From an uncultured Rhodomicrobium sp. (GTDB lineage: Bacteria; Pseudomonadota; Alphaproteobacteria; Rhizobiales; Rhodomicrobiaceae), in the NCBI GenBank assembly GCA_964498645.1, contig CAZCIF010000003.1, positions 1 to 53,097 on the forward strand: a stretch of DNA of 53,097 nucleotides, in the 5' to 3' direction. Below are positions 19,901 through 28,422 of this stretch, piece by piece; position 1 is the stretch's first letter, and each line of letters begins with the position of its first letter. The notes under the pieces are model-generated. The model saw nothing but the letters and a program-made list of their open reading frames with translations, was not told the DNA's origin and did not search any database. The position numbers were made by a program, and so were the translations under genes.

Positions 19901-20336
19901 TCCACCCAGCTGGGTCGCGAAGCCTCCGGTCTGCAACTTCAACTTCGCCAGGCAGAGCACCCGTTCCCGCGTCCTGGTTGTTGAAGATGAACCCCTTGTG
20001 GCAATCGAGATCGCACATGTCCTCAATGGAGCAGGTTTCGATGTCGTAGGCCCAGCGGGGGGCGTCAGCGCGGCTCTTGAGCTTTTAAACCAGGGCGGTT
20101 GCGATGCTGCTGTGCTCGATATCAACCTTGGCAATGAGACATCGGAGCCGATCGCGCTCGAACTCGCAGAGCGCCGGACACCGTTCGTGACTGTGTCGGG
20201 CTATTCGAGGGAGCAGCACCCGCCCGCGTTTAACGGTGCGCCGGCGCTCGCGAAACCGCTCCGGCCCGAGCTTCTGATCATAGAACTCAAGCGATGCGTG
20301 GAGCAGAAGGCTAGTACGAACGGCGGGATGATCTGA
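16995..20336 (+). CDS. Hybrid HWE-family histidine kinase: TM-Cache-TM, three PAS/PAC domains, HWE kinase, C-terminal receiver
   Basis: EVNHRSKN, HELATNAGKYGALS, WRERGGPPV, GFG; REC domain VLVVEDE...LDINL...PFVTVSGY...KP. Confidence 0.9.
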   Translation: MGWESLVPRYAAAVRSGVGGALGGRLKRWFSASRFSRWTIAARIAAIVLTLAVPLNLIVVAVVWHLADAASEAQRKSLLYTSRSVAAAADAELGKYMALAQSLARSPALLDDNLAPFEAEARRAFASLPDAWVVVADLNGQQLINTASQPGQPLPPSDPACTTAQKRALETGSIVLTDVRMSPVLQDWVVSIDVPIFRDGQPLRALAIVTKAHSFLRLLSDQQIPKNWLAGILDSQGRFIARVPGDARYIGQLAPQGFRKVKDRDGIFEFVSMEGDPIVAANAHSLSGWPVAIAIKKAELQAMTWSTVRWAAILGGGLSVLSLLFACAISRRITGPITELRQKAAALLTGPACPMPPGPPEVRDLWEALRQVATNRHRNEQALRESREDLSRAQAVARIGSWRLDASRNELTWSTEAFHIFGVSPDEPLTYESLLASVHPDDRGHVDRNWKAALAGAPYDLEYRIAAGGKTKWVHARAELELDAAGKLLGGFGTVQDITDMKQAEEELLRQRHLTHMIGDRAADAIFLTDEAGHITYANPEAEGSFGYERREMMGRDLHELLHHHFEGGARYPTDDCVLSRVQEKGAPVRNHEDVFYRKDASPIEVSFSYAPLEQDGKRAGGVFVVRDITAQKAAQAALRESEERFRGIFENAGTGIAIADMQGRFQTCNPAFSAMLGYTAEELRKLSFLEAMHPEDREKNLDEMSRLLSQEIGSFETLNRCVRKSGEALWGHKRVSLARDAAGKPTSIIVLVTNMTEHKRAEEHIRLLMREVNHRSKNMLALVQSVARQTLATNPDDFIARFGERIQALAASQDLLVKNEWKGVDLGEVVRSQLAHFQDLIGTRIDMQGPPVSISASAAQAIGMALHELATNAGKYGALSTDTGDVEMRWSLERDGDGDGEEDFLITWRERGGPPVKVPGRRGFGWTVMCRMIESSLDARVDLGFEVTGLTWRLQCPAGEVLEHNRPAPPSWVAKPPVCNFNFARQSTRSRVLVVEDEPLVAIEIAHVLNGAGFDVVGPAGGVSAALELLNQGGCDAAVLDINLGNETSEPIALELAERRTPFVTVSGYSREQHPPAFNGAPALAKPLRPELLIIELKRCVEQKASTNGGMI

Positions 20337-20348
20337 GGCAAACCGGAT

Positions 20349-20624
20349 TTACTGGCTGCTTTTCGCGGGCGCCTTGGCCGTGCCGCTGCTGTGGCTCTGG
20401 TCCTCTTTCTGAAGCTCTTGCACAGCCTTTTGGCGCTCTTCCGGCGACAGGATATTTCGCAGGTCCGAAACCTTGTTCAGGCTCGGCCAGCCCGCATCGC
20501 TGGAGCAGGCCTGAAGCCCGCCGGACAGCGCTATGGCGACACCGGCAGCAGCAAGCTGCCTAAGGCGGTGCGCCGCCTTTCCTTCGATATGCAACGCCAA
20601 CCTGCGGCCTGCTTCGTATCGCAT
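20349..20624 (-). CDS. Putative small lipoprotein
   Basis: Hydrophobic stretch ending in lipobox LQAC, then LSPEERQKAVQEL; start uncertain. Confidence 0.55.
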   Translation of the reverse strand: MRYEAGRRLALHIEGKAAHRLRQLAAAGVAIALSGGLQACSSDAGWPSLNKVSDLRNILSPEERQKAVQELQKEDQSHSSGTAKAPAKSSQ

Positions 20625-20786
20625 GGCAGCCCCCGAATCTTGTCCCCGTCTATCCATTATCGAAATTTCATATGGAATGTTTATGTCCAATTCCTTCGCA
20701 AATTGTAACAAGAAAATTTGCGGCGTTGAGTCACGATGCCACGCGCCGCCGCCGCAGGAAAAAAACTTTCCAATTCCAGCCCGCAG

Positions 20787-21404
20787 TCACGGATTCCTCA
20801 CGGCGATCCACACATTCACCAGACCGCTCAAAACGGGGTGGCGGCTGACGCGCAGTCCCGGCTGCCTGAACGTTGACCCGGGCAGCACACGCCCTGAGCG
20901 GAACCACGCCCACACCTGCAACATATAGGCGCGATGGCCCAGGCTTCCGGAAAGGGCGAGCAAGAGCGCGCGAAGGCGGGACATCCCGCTGCTCGCCTCG
21001 ACGATCAGCACTCTTCCCTCTGGTTTGGTGAGGGCCACGAGCTGCCGCAACGCCGCCGCCGGGTCCGGCAGGACAACGAGCAGCGAGGAGGCTGAGACCA
21101 CATCGAAACGCTCATCCGCCCGGCTCGCAGTCTCAATGTCCGAGACCTCGAAGACAGCGCAGTTTTTGCGTTCGCTTGAAAGGTAGCGCGCCCGTTCGAT
21201 CATATCCGGGTCGCAGTCGATCCCGCGCGCCGAATATCCTTTGTCCGCCGCGATCCGGGTCAAGACCCCAGGCCCGCATCCAACATCGAGCCAGGTCTGC
21301 CGGGGATTCCCTTCCGGAAGGATGCTCGCCGCGGCAAGATGCATGCCGCGATAGAACTCCGCGTCCTGGAGCCATGCGAACAAGCGGGCAGCCTTCACGC
21401 TCAC
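20787..21404 (-). CDS. Class I SAM-dependent methyltransferase
   Basis: WLDVGCGPG, GID, FDVV, KPEGRVLIVE; start overlaps upstream stop. Confidence 0.88.
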   Translation of the reverse strand: MSVKAARLFAWLQDAEFYRGMHLAAASILPEGNPRQTWLDVGCGPGVLTRIAADKGYSARGIDCDPDMIERARYLSSERKNCAVFEVSDIETASRADERFDVVSASSLLVVLPDPAAALRQLVALTKPEGRVLIVEASSGMSRLRALLLALSGSLGHRAYMLQVWAWFRSGRVLPGSTFRQPGLRVSRHPVLSGLVNVWIAVRNP

Positions 21405-21823
21405 CGGGGCATCCCAAAGCGCAGGGAAGCGCGCTGCCGGCGCAACTCAAGAGCAAGTACCGCCATGAATAGGACCGGCAGAAACGAAGCCGTCGAGACT
21501 TGCGCAAGCGTTACCTTCCCGGCCTCAACAGCAAGGATCGTGGCAATCCAATCGATCGCTTGAACTCCGGTCATGGCGGCAAGCCACGGCGCGTGACGCC
21601 GGATATCCCGCAAGGCTATCAGCATTCCGAAAGCAAAGCCGAGCGCGCGAGCCCCGAATTGGGCGAACATCCAGTCTGTCCATGCAGGTGCGGGCGGCAG
21701 GCCGAGGAAGGCCGGAAACGTGCCGGGGCTTAAGGTGAAGATAACCCCAAGTACGATCTGAACGAGGGCGATGAGAATGATCGTTCCCCTGGTGAAAAGC
21801 GATGGGCCGGATGTGTTTTGCAT
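21401..21823 (-). CDS. Small 4-TM membrane protein (DUF4267-like)
   Basis: Four hydrophobic helices with the GAR...D pattern; start placed at ATG 21823. Confidence 0.62.
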   Translation of the reverse strand: MQNTSGPSLFTRGTIILIALVQIVLGVIFTLSPGTFPAFLGLPPAPAWTDWMFAQFGARALGFAFGMLIALRDIRRHAPWLAAMTGVQAIDWIATILAVEAGKVTLAQVSTASFLPVLFMAVLALELRRQRASLRFGMPR

Positions 21824-21873
21824 GTGGCTCTTCCATTCGGTTTGGACCGGCCGCCACAATATTCGGCTTGATT

Positions 21874-21924
21874 TACTTTGAAAAGTAGTTACATTTTCGA
21901 TATATAGTTTCACAAAAGGAACTA
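21874..21924. promoter_or_regulatory. Candidate HxlR-family operator sites
   Basis: AT-rich palindromes TACTTT-GA-AAAGTA (21874-21887) and TAGTT-N10-AACTA (21905-21924) between divergent genes. Confidence 0.45.
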
Positions 21925-21937
21925 AGCGGAGAAAAGC

Positions 21938-22243
21938 ATGGGCGAATGCGGCTGCCCGATCGAGCGGGCCGTTGGCGTGCTCGACGGGAAATGGACGCTT
22001 TTAATCCTGCGCGAGTTGTTCCAGGGGACGCGGCGGTTCGGCGAGCTGCGCATGGTCTTGGAAGGGGTAAGCCCGAAGACTCTGACCGAACGCTTGCGCT
22101 TTCTCGAAGAGCAAGGCGTCGTAGAACGCACGGTCTACCCGGAGATCCCGCCCAGGGTGGAGTACAGCCTGACGGAGCGCGGCCAGAAAGCCTGGCCGGT
22201 GATGGTGGCGCTCCGCGACTGGGGAGAAACCCTGGAAAAATGA
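21938..22243 (+). CDS. HxlR-family winged-helix transcriptional regulator
   Basis: CPIERA...GKWTLLILREL..G.RRFGEL...PPRVEYSLT. Confidence 0.93.
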   Translation: MGECGCPIERAVGVLDGKWTLLILRELFQGTRRFGELRMVLEGVSPKTLTERLRFLEEQGVVERTVYPEIPPRVEYSLTERGQKAWPVMVALRDWGETLEK

Positions 22244-22293
22244 GGATACGGCAGGACAATCGCGCTGCGTCAGCCTGCTGACGCAACCTCTTT

Positions 22294-22518
22294 TTAGGCT
22301 GCTCCCGCTTCGGTGAGGATGCGTAGTTGCCTGGCGTCCGACAGACGGACGACAGTCCCCGACAGCTGTTCGCGCATTTCAAGGCAAACGAGGTCCTCCA
22401 TGACCTCGCGAAGGGCTATCAGCAGGTGGACTTCGGGCTGGGTATCGGCCACGTCCTCCATAATGCGAAGTGCTTCACCGATGTGCTTCTTGCATGCCTC
22501 TATATGCTCGCGATTCAT
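22294..22518 (-). CDS. Hypothetical small helical protein (74 aa)
   Basis: GAGAGGGG RBS before ATG 22518; fills the gap; no family recognised. Confidence 0.5.
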   Translation of the reverse strand: MNREHIEACKKHIGEALRIMEDVADTQPEVHLLIALREVMEDLVCLEMREQLSGTVVRLSDARQLRILTEAGAA

Positions 22519-22754
22519 CTGGCCCCTCTCCGTTGCACCTTGCGGGCACAGCTTTTCAGCTATTTTGGTTGCAGGATCATTAAGCATCCCAAATTTCGGC
22601 TTTTATTTTTTGATTCCGGCCCGGATGTGTCCGCAAGCCACGCTGGCTGTCTCAACCGGGTGCTTCCGGTCCGCAGCCCAAGAAAGCAATGGAGCTGTTC
22701 TAAGAGATAGGCTAATCAGGCTTCCGCTCTCACGCGATCTTAAGGAGAAGCAAA

Positions 22755-23228
22755 TTGCGAGTTTTCGCTTTCCCACGTGCAAGTGCCCTCCTGGCGCTCG
22801 CCATCGTCACTGCACCGGCCGGGCTTCTTGTGGCCGGTGCGCCCACCACAGCTATGGCTCAGGCCAGCGGGAAAACCATGACCACACCTTCAGGCTTACA
22901 GATTACGGACACCAAAACCGGCACTGGCGCCACGCCAAAGCCCGGTCAGACCTGCGTCGTGCATTACACGGGCTGGCTGTACGAAAACGGTGCCAAAGGA
23001 AAGAAGTTCGATAGCTCGGTCGACCGGGGCGAGCCTTTCGCGTTTCCCATCGGCCAGCAGCGGGTAATCGCCGGCTGGGATGAGGGCGTCGCCACGATGA
23101 AAGTGGGCGGCAAGCGCACGCTCATCATTCCGCCAAGCCTCGGCTATGGCGCGCGCGGCGCCGGTGGCGTCATTCCGCCGAACGCCACGCTGATCTTCGA
23201 GGTTGAACTGCTCGACCTGAAGGGTTGA
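22755..23228 (+). CDS. FKBP-type peptidyl-prolyl cis-trans isomerase (exported)
   Basis: AAGGAG + TTG; VHYTGWL, FDSS.DRG, VIAGWDEG, IPPNATLIFEVELL. Confidence 0.95.
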   Translation: MRVFAFPRASALLALAIVTAPAGLLVAGAPTTAMAQASGKTMTTPSGLQITDTKTGTGATPKPGQTCVVHYTGWLYENGAKGKKFDSSVDRGEPFAFPIGQQRVIAGWDEGVATMKVGGKRTLIIPPSLGYGARGAGGVIPPNATLIFEVELLDLKG

Positions 23229-23230
23229 CG

Positions 23231-23269
23231 CCGTCATCGCGAGGCGGCTTTGGCCGCCGTGGCGATCCA
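23231..23269 (+). repeat. REP-like palindrome (CGTCATCGCGAG...GCGATCCA family)
   Basis: 38/39 identical to 35176-35214; lies between convergent genes. Confidence 0.85.
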
Positions 23270-23277
23270 GAGCAACG

Positions 23278-25464
23278 TCAAGGCCTCGCTCTTTCCGCCT
23301 CCGGCGCGATAAGCTCGCGGCGGCGGCGCGCGGGCGACCAAGGCCGGACGCCGCGGCTTTCGGATGCGGTATGAAGTGTCAAACGCAAATCCGAGATGGC
23401 GATCGCCGCCGCCCCCTTCTCCCAAAGGGCGCCGCGGTCCAAAACGATCCTCGGCGCCGGGCAAGGCTGCCGGATATCCATCGGCGCAATCAGAATAATT
23501 GCGCGCTCGCAATCGTCACGGATCGCGTCGGGCTTGGCGATGAAGCTCACAAGCTTTCCCTTCACGAGAGCGAGGCAGCTATAGGCATCGCACTGCCAGC
23601 CCTTGCCCGCAGACGCCTCTTTCGGTTTGCGGCTGTCGCCATCGGCCTTCAACCATTGATCGACAGTGTAAAAGGCGCGCCGCGTTTTCGGCGCCTGTAG
23701 CTGCCCGTTCCCGTCGCGGATGGCGGCAACCCTCGCATCGCCACCCACGAGAATGTCGGGTTTGGAATGGATAGAGGTAAGCGCGATGCCGGCGCCGATG
23801 GCCACAAGGCCGAGAAGCCGCCAGGGCCGCCGCCAGATAATCAGCCACAGCCCGCCGCAGACGATGATGAGCAATGCCGCAAAAGGAAAGGCGGGGACGG
23901 AGATCAGCGCGCCCGGCAGCGCGGCCACCCATTTCGCGATGGCCATCATTGCGTCGATGCCTAGCCCCATGAGCTTCAGCGGCCATTCCTCAAGCCCGAA
24001 CGGCATGGCGATCAGTGCCACCACCATCGCCGGCATGACAAGAAAATCGATGGGCGGGCCGCCAAGCAAATTTCCGAGCGCGGCGTAGCTTGTGAGGCTG
24101 TGAAAATGGTAAGCGGAGAAAGGCTCCACCGCGAGTCCCGCCGTGGCGGCCGTCACCAGCACGCCGCCCAGTATGTAGACGGGCTGCCAGGTGAGCCGCT
24201 CGCGCACGCTTCCCGCCTCAAAATGGAGATAGCGCCCGAAGCGCTCATAGCCCGCGATGAGCGCGGCGGTCGCGGCGAAGGACATCTGAAAGCTGAGGTC
24301 GATCAGGCTGTCCGGCAGCACGATCAGGATGAGAAGGCCCGCCAGCGCGACATTGCGGAGCGATAGCGCCGGCCGGTTGAGCAGGATCGCGAGAAAGACG
24401 ACCGCAATCATGAGATAAGAGCGGACCGCCGCAATCGAGGCGCCGGACAGGGCAAGATAGATCGTGACGCATATGAGCGCCGCGCCGCCGGCCAGCGCGC
24501 GCACGGAAAAGCGCAGCGCGACGGAGGGAAACAGCGCGAGCGCCCAGCGCAGGAACCAGAATACCGTTCCCGCCACCAGGGACATATGCAGGCCGGAAAT
24601 CGAAATCACATGGGCAAGGCCGGAGCCGCGCAAATCGTTCATGCGGCTTTCGTCGAGACCGGCCGTCTGCCCGACCGTCAGGGCGGCTGCGATGTCGCCC
24701 GTGTGCCCCGGAAGCACCGCTTTGATCCGCGCGCCGATCGCCGCGCGCAAGTCCGCGAGCATTGTGCGAAGCTTCATGCCGGGGGGCAGTTCGCGTCCCG
24801 CCAGGATTTCGGTTTTCGAAAGCGAATAGCCCGACGCGCCGATCCCCCGGTAGTAGCTCATGCGCGCGAAATCGTAGCCGCCGGGCATCGCAGGGCCGGG
24901 CGGCGGGCCAAGGATGGCGCGCATTTTGACGGCGCTGCCGGGGTTCAACGTCAGTTCCCCCCTCACGCTGACCCGCACGCGGAAGGGCCTGTTTGCGGTC
25001 TCCCGATTCTCGTATTTCATGGCAGTGAGGCGGATCACAGCCCGGCCCCGGCGCGGCGTCTGCCGCTCGAAGCCTTCGACAAAGCCTTCGAGATCGTAAG
25101 CGCCATGCCGCTCCAGCACCGGCGCGGCCATGATGTCCGTCCGTAGCTTCGCTGCGAAGAAACCCGCGCTGACGCACAGAAGTATGCTCGTGAACAGAAA
25201 GGCAAAGAGGTTCGCGCGCGCCATCATGCGAAGCGCCAGCGCCGCGATGAAAAGCCCGAGCGCCAGCGTAAAGTCCGGCTCCTGCAGAAGCTCGAAATAG
25301 AGTCCAACCCCGCAGCCGAAAAATACGGGAATCCAAAGGAACCAGCGCCCCTGCTCCGCGTCGAGCTGCGCCGCAAGCGCGCGCCCTGCCCTCGCCAGCC
25401 AAGCGCCAACGGCCCCGCCACGCCGGGGGACGGCTTCCAAACCCGCCGGAACGGCAACGCTCAC
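23278..25464 (-). CDS. comEC: ComEC/Rec2 family competence protein
   Basis: [29 protein letters not shown]; divergent from gltX. Confidence 0.93.
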   Translation of the reverse strand: MSVAVPAGLEAVPRRGGAVGAWLARAGRALAAQLDAEQGRWFLWIPVFFGCGVGLYFELLQEPDFTLALGLFIAALALRMMARANLFAFLFTSILLCVSAGFFAAKLRTDIMAAPVLERHGAYDLEGFVEGFERQTPRRGRAVIRLTAMKYENRETANRPFRVRVSVRGELTLNPGSAVKMRAILGPPPGPAMPGGYDFARMSYYRGIGASGYSLSKTEILAGRELPPGMKLRTMLADLRAAIGARIKAVLPGHTGDIAAALTVGQTAGLDESRMNDLRGSGLAHVISISGLHMSLVAGTVFWFLRWALALFPSVALRFSVRALAGGAALICVTIYLALSGASIAAVRSYLMIAVVFLAILLNRPALSLRNVALAGLLILIVLPDSLIDLSFQMSFAATAALIAGYERFGRYLHFEAGSVRERLTWQPVYILGGVLVTAATAGLAVEPFSAYHFHSLTSYAALGNLLGGPPIDFLVMPAMVVALIAMPFGLEEWPLKLMGLGIDAMMAIAKWVAALPGALISVPAFPFAALLIIVCGGLWLIIWRRPWRLLGLVAIGAGIALTSIHSKPDILVGGDARVAAIRDGNGQLQAPKTRRAFYTVDQWLKADGDSRKPKEASAGKGWQCDAYSCLALVKGKLVSFIAKPDAIRDDCERAIILIAPMDIRQPCPAPRIVLDRGALWEKGAAAIAISDLRLTLHTASESRGVRPWSPARRRRELIAPEAERARP

Positions 25465-25529
25465 CGGTACCCGCCCGCTATCAATTACAAATGCGTCATG
25501 TTACACCGCTCTCCGAGAAAAAAGTCCAC

Positions 25530-26990
25530 ATGAATGAAAGTATTCCCATGGCGCCCTCCTCCGGCGTAGTCACACGCTTTGCTCCCTCCCCCACTGGCTA
25601 TTTGCATATTGGGGGCGCGCGAACCGCCCTGTTCAACTGGCTCTACGCGAAGCACACGGGCGGCAAATTCCTGCTGCGCATCGAGGACACCGACCGCGCC
25701 CGCTCCACGGAAGCCGCGATTGCGGCCATTATCGACGGGCTGAAATGGCTTGGACTCGATTGGGAAGGCGAACCCATTCATCAATTCGCGCGAGCGAAGC
25801 GGCATGCTGAGATCGCGCAGGAGCTTCTGGAGCGCCGCAACGCCTATCGCTGCTATTCGGCGCCGGAAGAGCTGGCCGCCATGCGCGAGCGCGCCATGAA
25901 GGAGGGCCGCTCGCCTGGCTATGACGGCACCTGGCGGGATCGCGATCCCAGCGAATGGCCGGAGGATCGCCCCTTCGCCATCCGCTTGCGCGCTCCGCGC
26001 GAGGGCGAGACCGTGGTAGAGGACCGCGTCCGGGGCCGCGTCACTTGGCAGAACAAGGACCTCGACGACATGGTGCTGCTGCGCTCCGACGGCACGCCGA
26101 CCTACATGCTTGCCGTTGTCGTCGACGATCACGACATGGGCATCACCCATATCATCCGCGGCGAAGACCATCTCACCAACTCGGCGCGCCAGAAGCAGAT
26201 CTATAACGCGCTCGGCTGGGATATCCCGGTCTTCGCGCACATCCCGCTGATCCACGGGCCGGACGGCGCCAAGCTCTCGAAGCGGCACGGCGCGCTTGGC
26301 GTGGATGCCTACCGCTCGATGGGCTTCCTGCCCGCTGCCATGCGCAATTACCTCGCGCGGCTCGGCTGGAGCCATGGCGACGATGAGATTTTCCCGACCG
26401 CGCAGGCCATCGAATGGTTCGATCTTGACGCGGTGGGCCGCTCGCCCTCGCGCTTCGATTTCGCCAAGCTCGAAAATCTGAACGGCTATTATATCCGCAA
26501 TACTCCCGATGCGGAGCTTGTCGCGCAAATCCAGGCCATCGCACCGGAGGTCGAGGCTGCCAAGGACTTCTCGGGCAGCATCGGGAAAACGGGCTGGCGC
26601 AAACTGAAAATGGCGATGCCCGGCCTGAAGGAGCGCGCCAAGACGCTTGTCGAGCTGCTCGTTGCGGCCCGCTACCTCTTCGTGAAGCGGCCCATCGATA
26701 TCGACCAGAAAGCCGCGAAGCTGTTGGAAGGCGATTCCGTAAAGCATCTCGCCGCATTACACGAGCGTTTCTCGGAGCTTGAGGATTGGGAACCGGCGGC
26801 GCTGGAGGCGGCGGCGCGCGCCTATGCCGGGGAGGTTGGCGCGAAGCTCGGCGATGTGGCCCAGCCCTTGCGCGCGGCGCTGACCGGTCGCACCGCGTCG
26901 CCGCCGATCTTCGACGTACTCCACGTACTCGGCCGGCGCGAAAGCCTTGCGCGGATCGCGGATCAAGTCGATAGTCGCAACGTTAGATAG
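25530..26990 (+). CDS. gltX: Glutamate--tRNA ligase
   Basis: [29 protein letters not shown], anticodon domain; start 25530 or 25548. Confidence 0.97.
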   Translation: MNESIPMAPSSGVVTRFAPSPTGYLHIGGARTALFNWLYAKHTGGKFLLRIEDTDRARSTEAAIAAIIDGLKWLGLDWEGEPIHQFARAKRHAEIAQELLERRNAYRCYSAPEELAAMRERAMKEGRSPGYDGTWRDRDPSEWPEDRPFAIRLRAPREGETVVEDRVRGRVTWQNKDLDDMVLLRSDGTPTYMLAVVVDDHDMGITHIIRGEDHLTNSARQKQIYNALGWDIPVFAHIPLIHGPDGAKLSKRHGALGVDAYRSMGFLPAAMRNYLARLGWSHGDDEIFPTAQAIEWFDLDAVGRSPSRFDFAKLENLNGYYIRNTPDAELVAQIQAIAPEVEAAKDFSGSIGKTGWRKLKMAMPGLKERAKTLVELLVAARYLFVKRPIDIDQKAAKLLEGDSVKHLAALHERFSELEDWEPAALEAAARAYAGEVGAKLGDVAQPLRAALTGRTASPPIFDVLHVLGRRESLARIADQVDSRNVR

Positions 26991-27017
26991 TGTCCGGCGC
27001 AATCGAGGGGACGCGGC

Positions 27018-27248
27018 ATGACTGATATACCCGAGAATGTAGACCTTCGCTTTCTTGCGGTTCAGTTGCAGCGGATCGACACGCGCATCGCCGATTTCGA
27101 AGCGAGCACGAACGAGCGGTTTCAGCGGCTGGAAGCGGAAATCGCCCGCGCGCAGGCCGATATAAGCGAAACGAAGGCAATCGCCCGCGAGGTTGTGGTC
27201 CGGCTTACCCTCATCGAGAAACGGCTAAGCGCAGTGGAGCACGCATAG
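27018..27248 (+). CDS. Small coiled-coil hypothetical protein (76 aa)
   Basis: GAGGG RBS; heptad-rich sequence VDLRFLAVQLQRID...RLTLIEKRL. Confidence 0.7.
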   Translation: MTDIPENVDLRFLAVQLQRIDTRIADFEASTNERFQRLEAEIARAQADISETKAIAREVVVRLTLIEKRLSAVEHA

Positions 27249-27333
27249 CCGCAGGGAACGGCCTGCACGTCGCGCATAAGGCTTGCGGAACCATCGGATA
27301 CAGGGATAATTTGCGTAGTGGTCGAGGCGGTTT

Positions 27334-27410
27334 ATGAGCGGCGATAATGACACCATCGACCTGACCTTTCTAGCGAAGCAGTCCGAACGCATTCTGAGCC
27401 AAATGGGCGA
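27334..27410 (+). pseudogene. Truncated paralogue of the preceding coiled-coil gene
   Basis: GAGG RBS; IDLTFLAKQSERIL matches VDLRFLAVQLQRID, then the frame runs out of phase into the next gene; end approximate. Confidence 0.5.
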
Positions 27411-27463
27411 GAGTGACAGCACGCCCAAGCTTGCGCTAGGATCGCGCCCATGTTGGAGGCGGC

Positions 27464-28393
27464 ATGGCGGGCGATATTTTCATCACGTACCGGCGGGGCC
27501 TTGTGGCCTTGGTGCTGGCTGCAGGAGTCATGTTTATATACTCCCTGCCGGCAAAGTCTGCGGATAGCTGTGATGGCCCGCGTCTGGCCGTAAAGCTCCC
27601 AAGCGGAACTGCCTGCATCCAGCCCGGCTCGGGCGAAAGTTTCAAAGACTGCCCCGATTGCCCTGAGATGGTGGTCGTTCCCGCGGGCAGCTTCATGATG
27701 GGTTCACCCGCAAGCGAGCCGTTACGCGAAGATGACGAAGGCCCGCAGCACAAGGTAACGATTGCCAAGCCCTTTGCGGTTGGCAAGTACGCGGTGACGT
27801 TCGCGGAGTGGGATGCCTGCGCGGCGGATGGCGGCTGCGGCCGGCAAAAGCCAAGTGATGAGGGCTGGGGCCGCGGCGGCCGGCCGGTCATCAATGTCAA
27901 TTGGCATGACGCAAAACGCTATGCGGCATGGCTATCGAAGAAGACAGGCAACGCTTACCGGCTTCTCTCCGAAGCAGAACGCGAATATGTGGCGCGAGCG
28001 GGAACCAAGACGCCGTTCTGGTGGGGCAAATCGATCACGCCAGCGCAAGCGAATTACAATGGGAGCTTCGTTTATGGTGGTGGCGGCAAGGAAGGCGAAT
28101 ATCGCGAGAAGACGCTTCCGGTGAAGTCCTTCGAGCCCAATCCTTGGGCGCTTTACCAAGTCCACGGCAATGTCTGGGAATGGGTCGAGGATTGCTACCA
28201 TGATAGCTATGCCGGTGCTCCTGCCAATAGCTCGGCCTGGACAACCGGAAAGTGCGAGAAGCGTATTCTTCGCGGCGGTTCCTGGAGCAGTATTCCGGAG
28301 TACCTCCGGGCGGAGAACCGCACCTGGAACGGTCCAGCGGGCCCAGGCAGCCGCAACAGCGGCTTCCGGCTGGCCTGGACGATTACTCCTTGA
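27464..28393 (+). CDS. FGE-sulfatase (SUMF1-like, C-type lectin fold) domain protein, copy 1, probably non-catalytic and exported
   Basis: GGAGG RBS; FKDCPDCPEMVVVPAG, RPVINV.W, YRLLSEAEREY, HGNVWEW, RGGSW...GFR; lacks the FGE catalytic Cys pair after GGSW. Confidence 0.9.
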   Translation: MAGDIFITYRRGLVALVLAAGVMFIYSLPAKSADSCDGPRLAVKLPSGTACIQPGSGESFKDCPDCPEMVVVPAGSFMMGSPASEPLREDDEGPQHKVTIAKPFAVGKYAVTFAEWDACAADGGCGRQKPSDEGWGRGGRPVINVNWHDAKRYAAWLSKKTGNAYRLLSEAEREYVARAGTKTPFWWGKSITPAQANYNGSFVYGGGGKEGEYREKTLPVKSFEPNPWALYQVHGNVWEWVEDCYHDSYAGAPANSSAWTTGKCEKRILRGGSWSSIPEYLRAENRTWNGPAGPGSRNSGFRLAWTITP

Positions 28394-28422
28394 ACCTAAA
28401 TCACGTCTATACCGGAGGTGGC

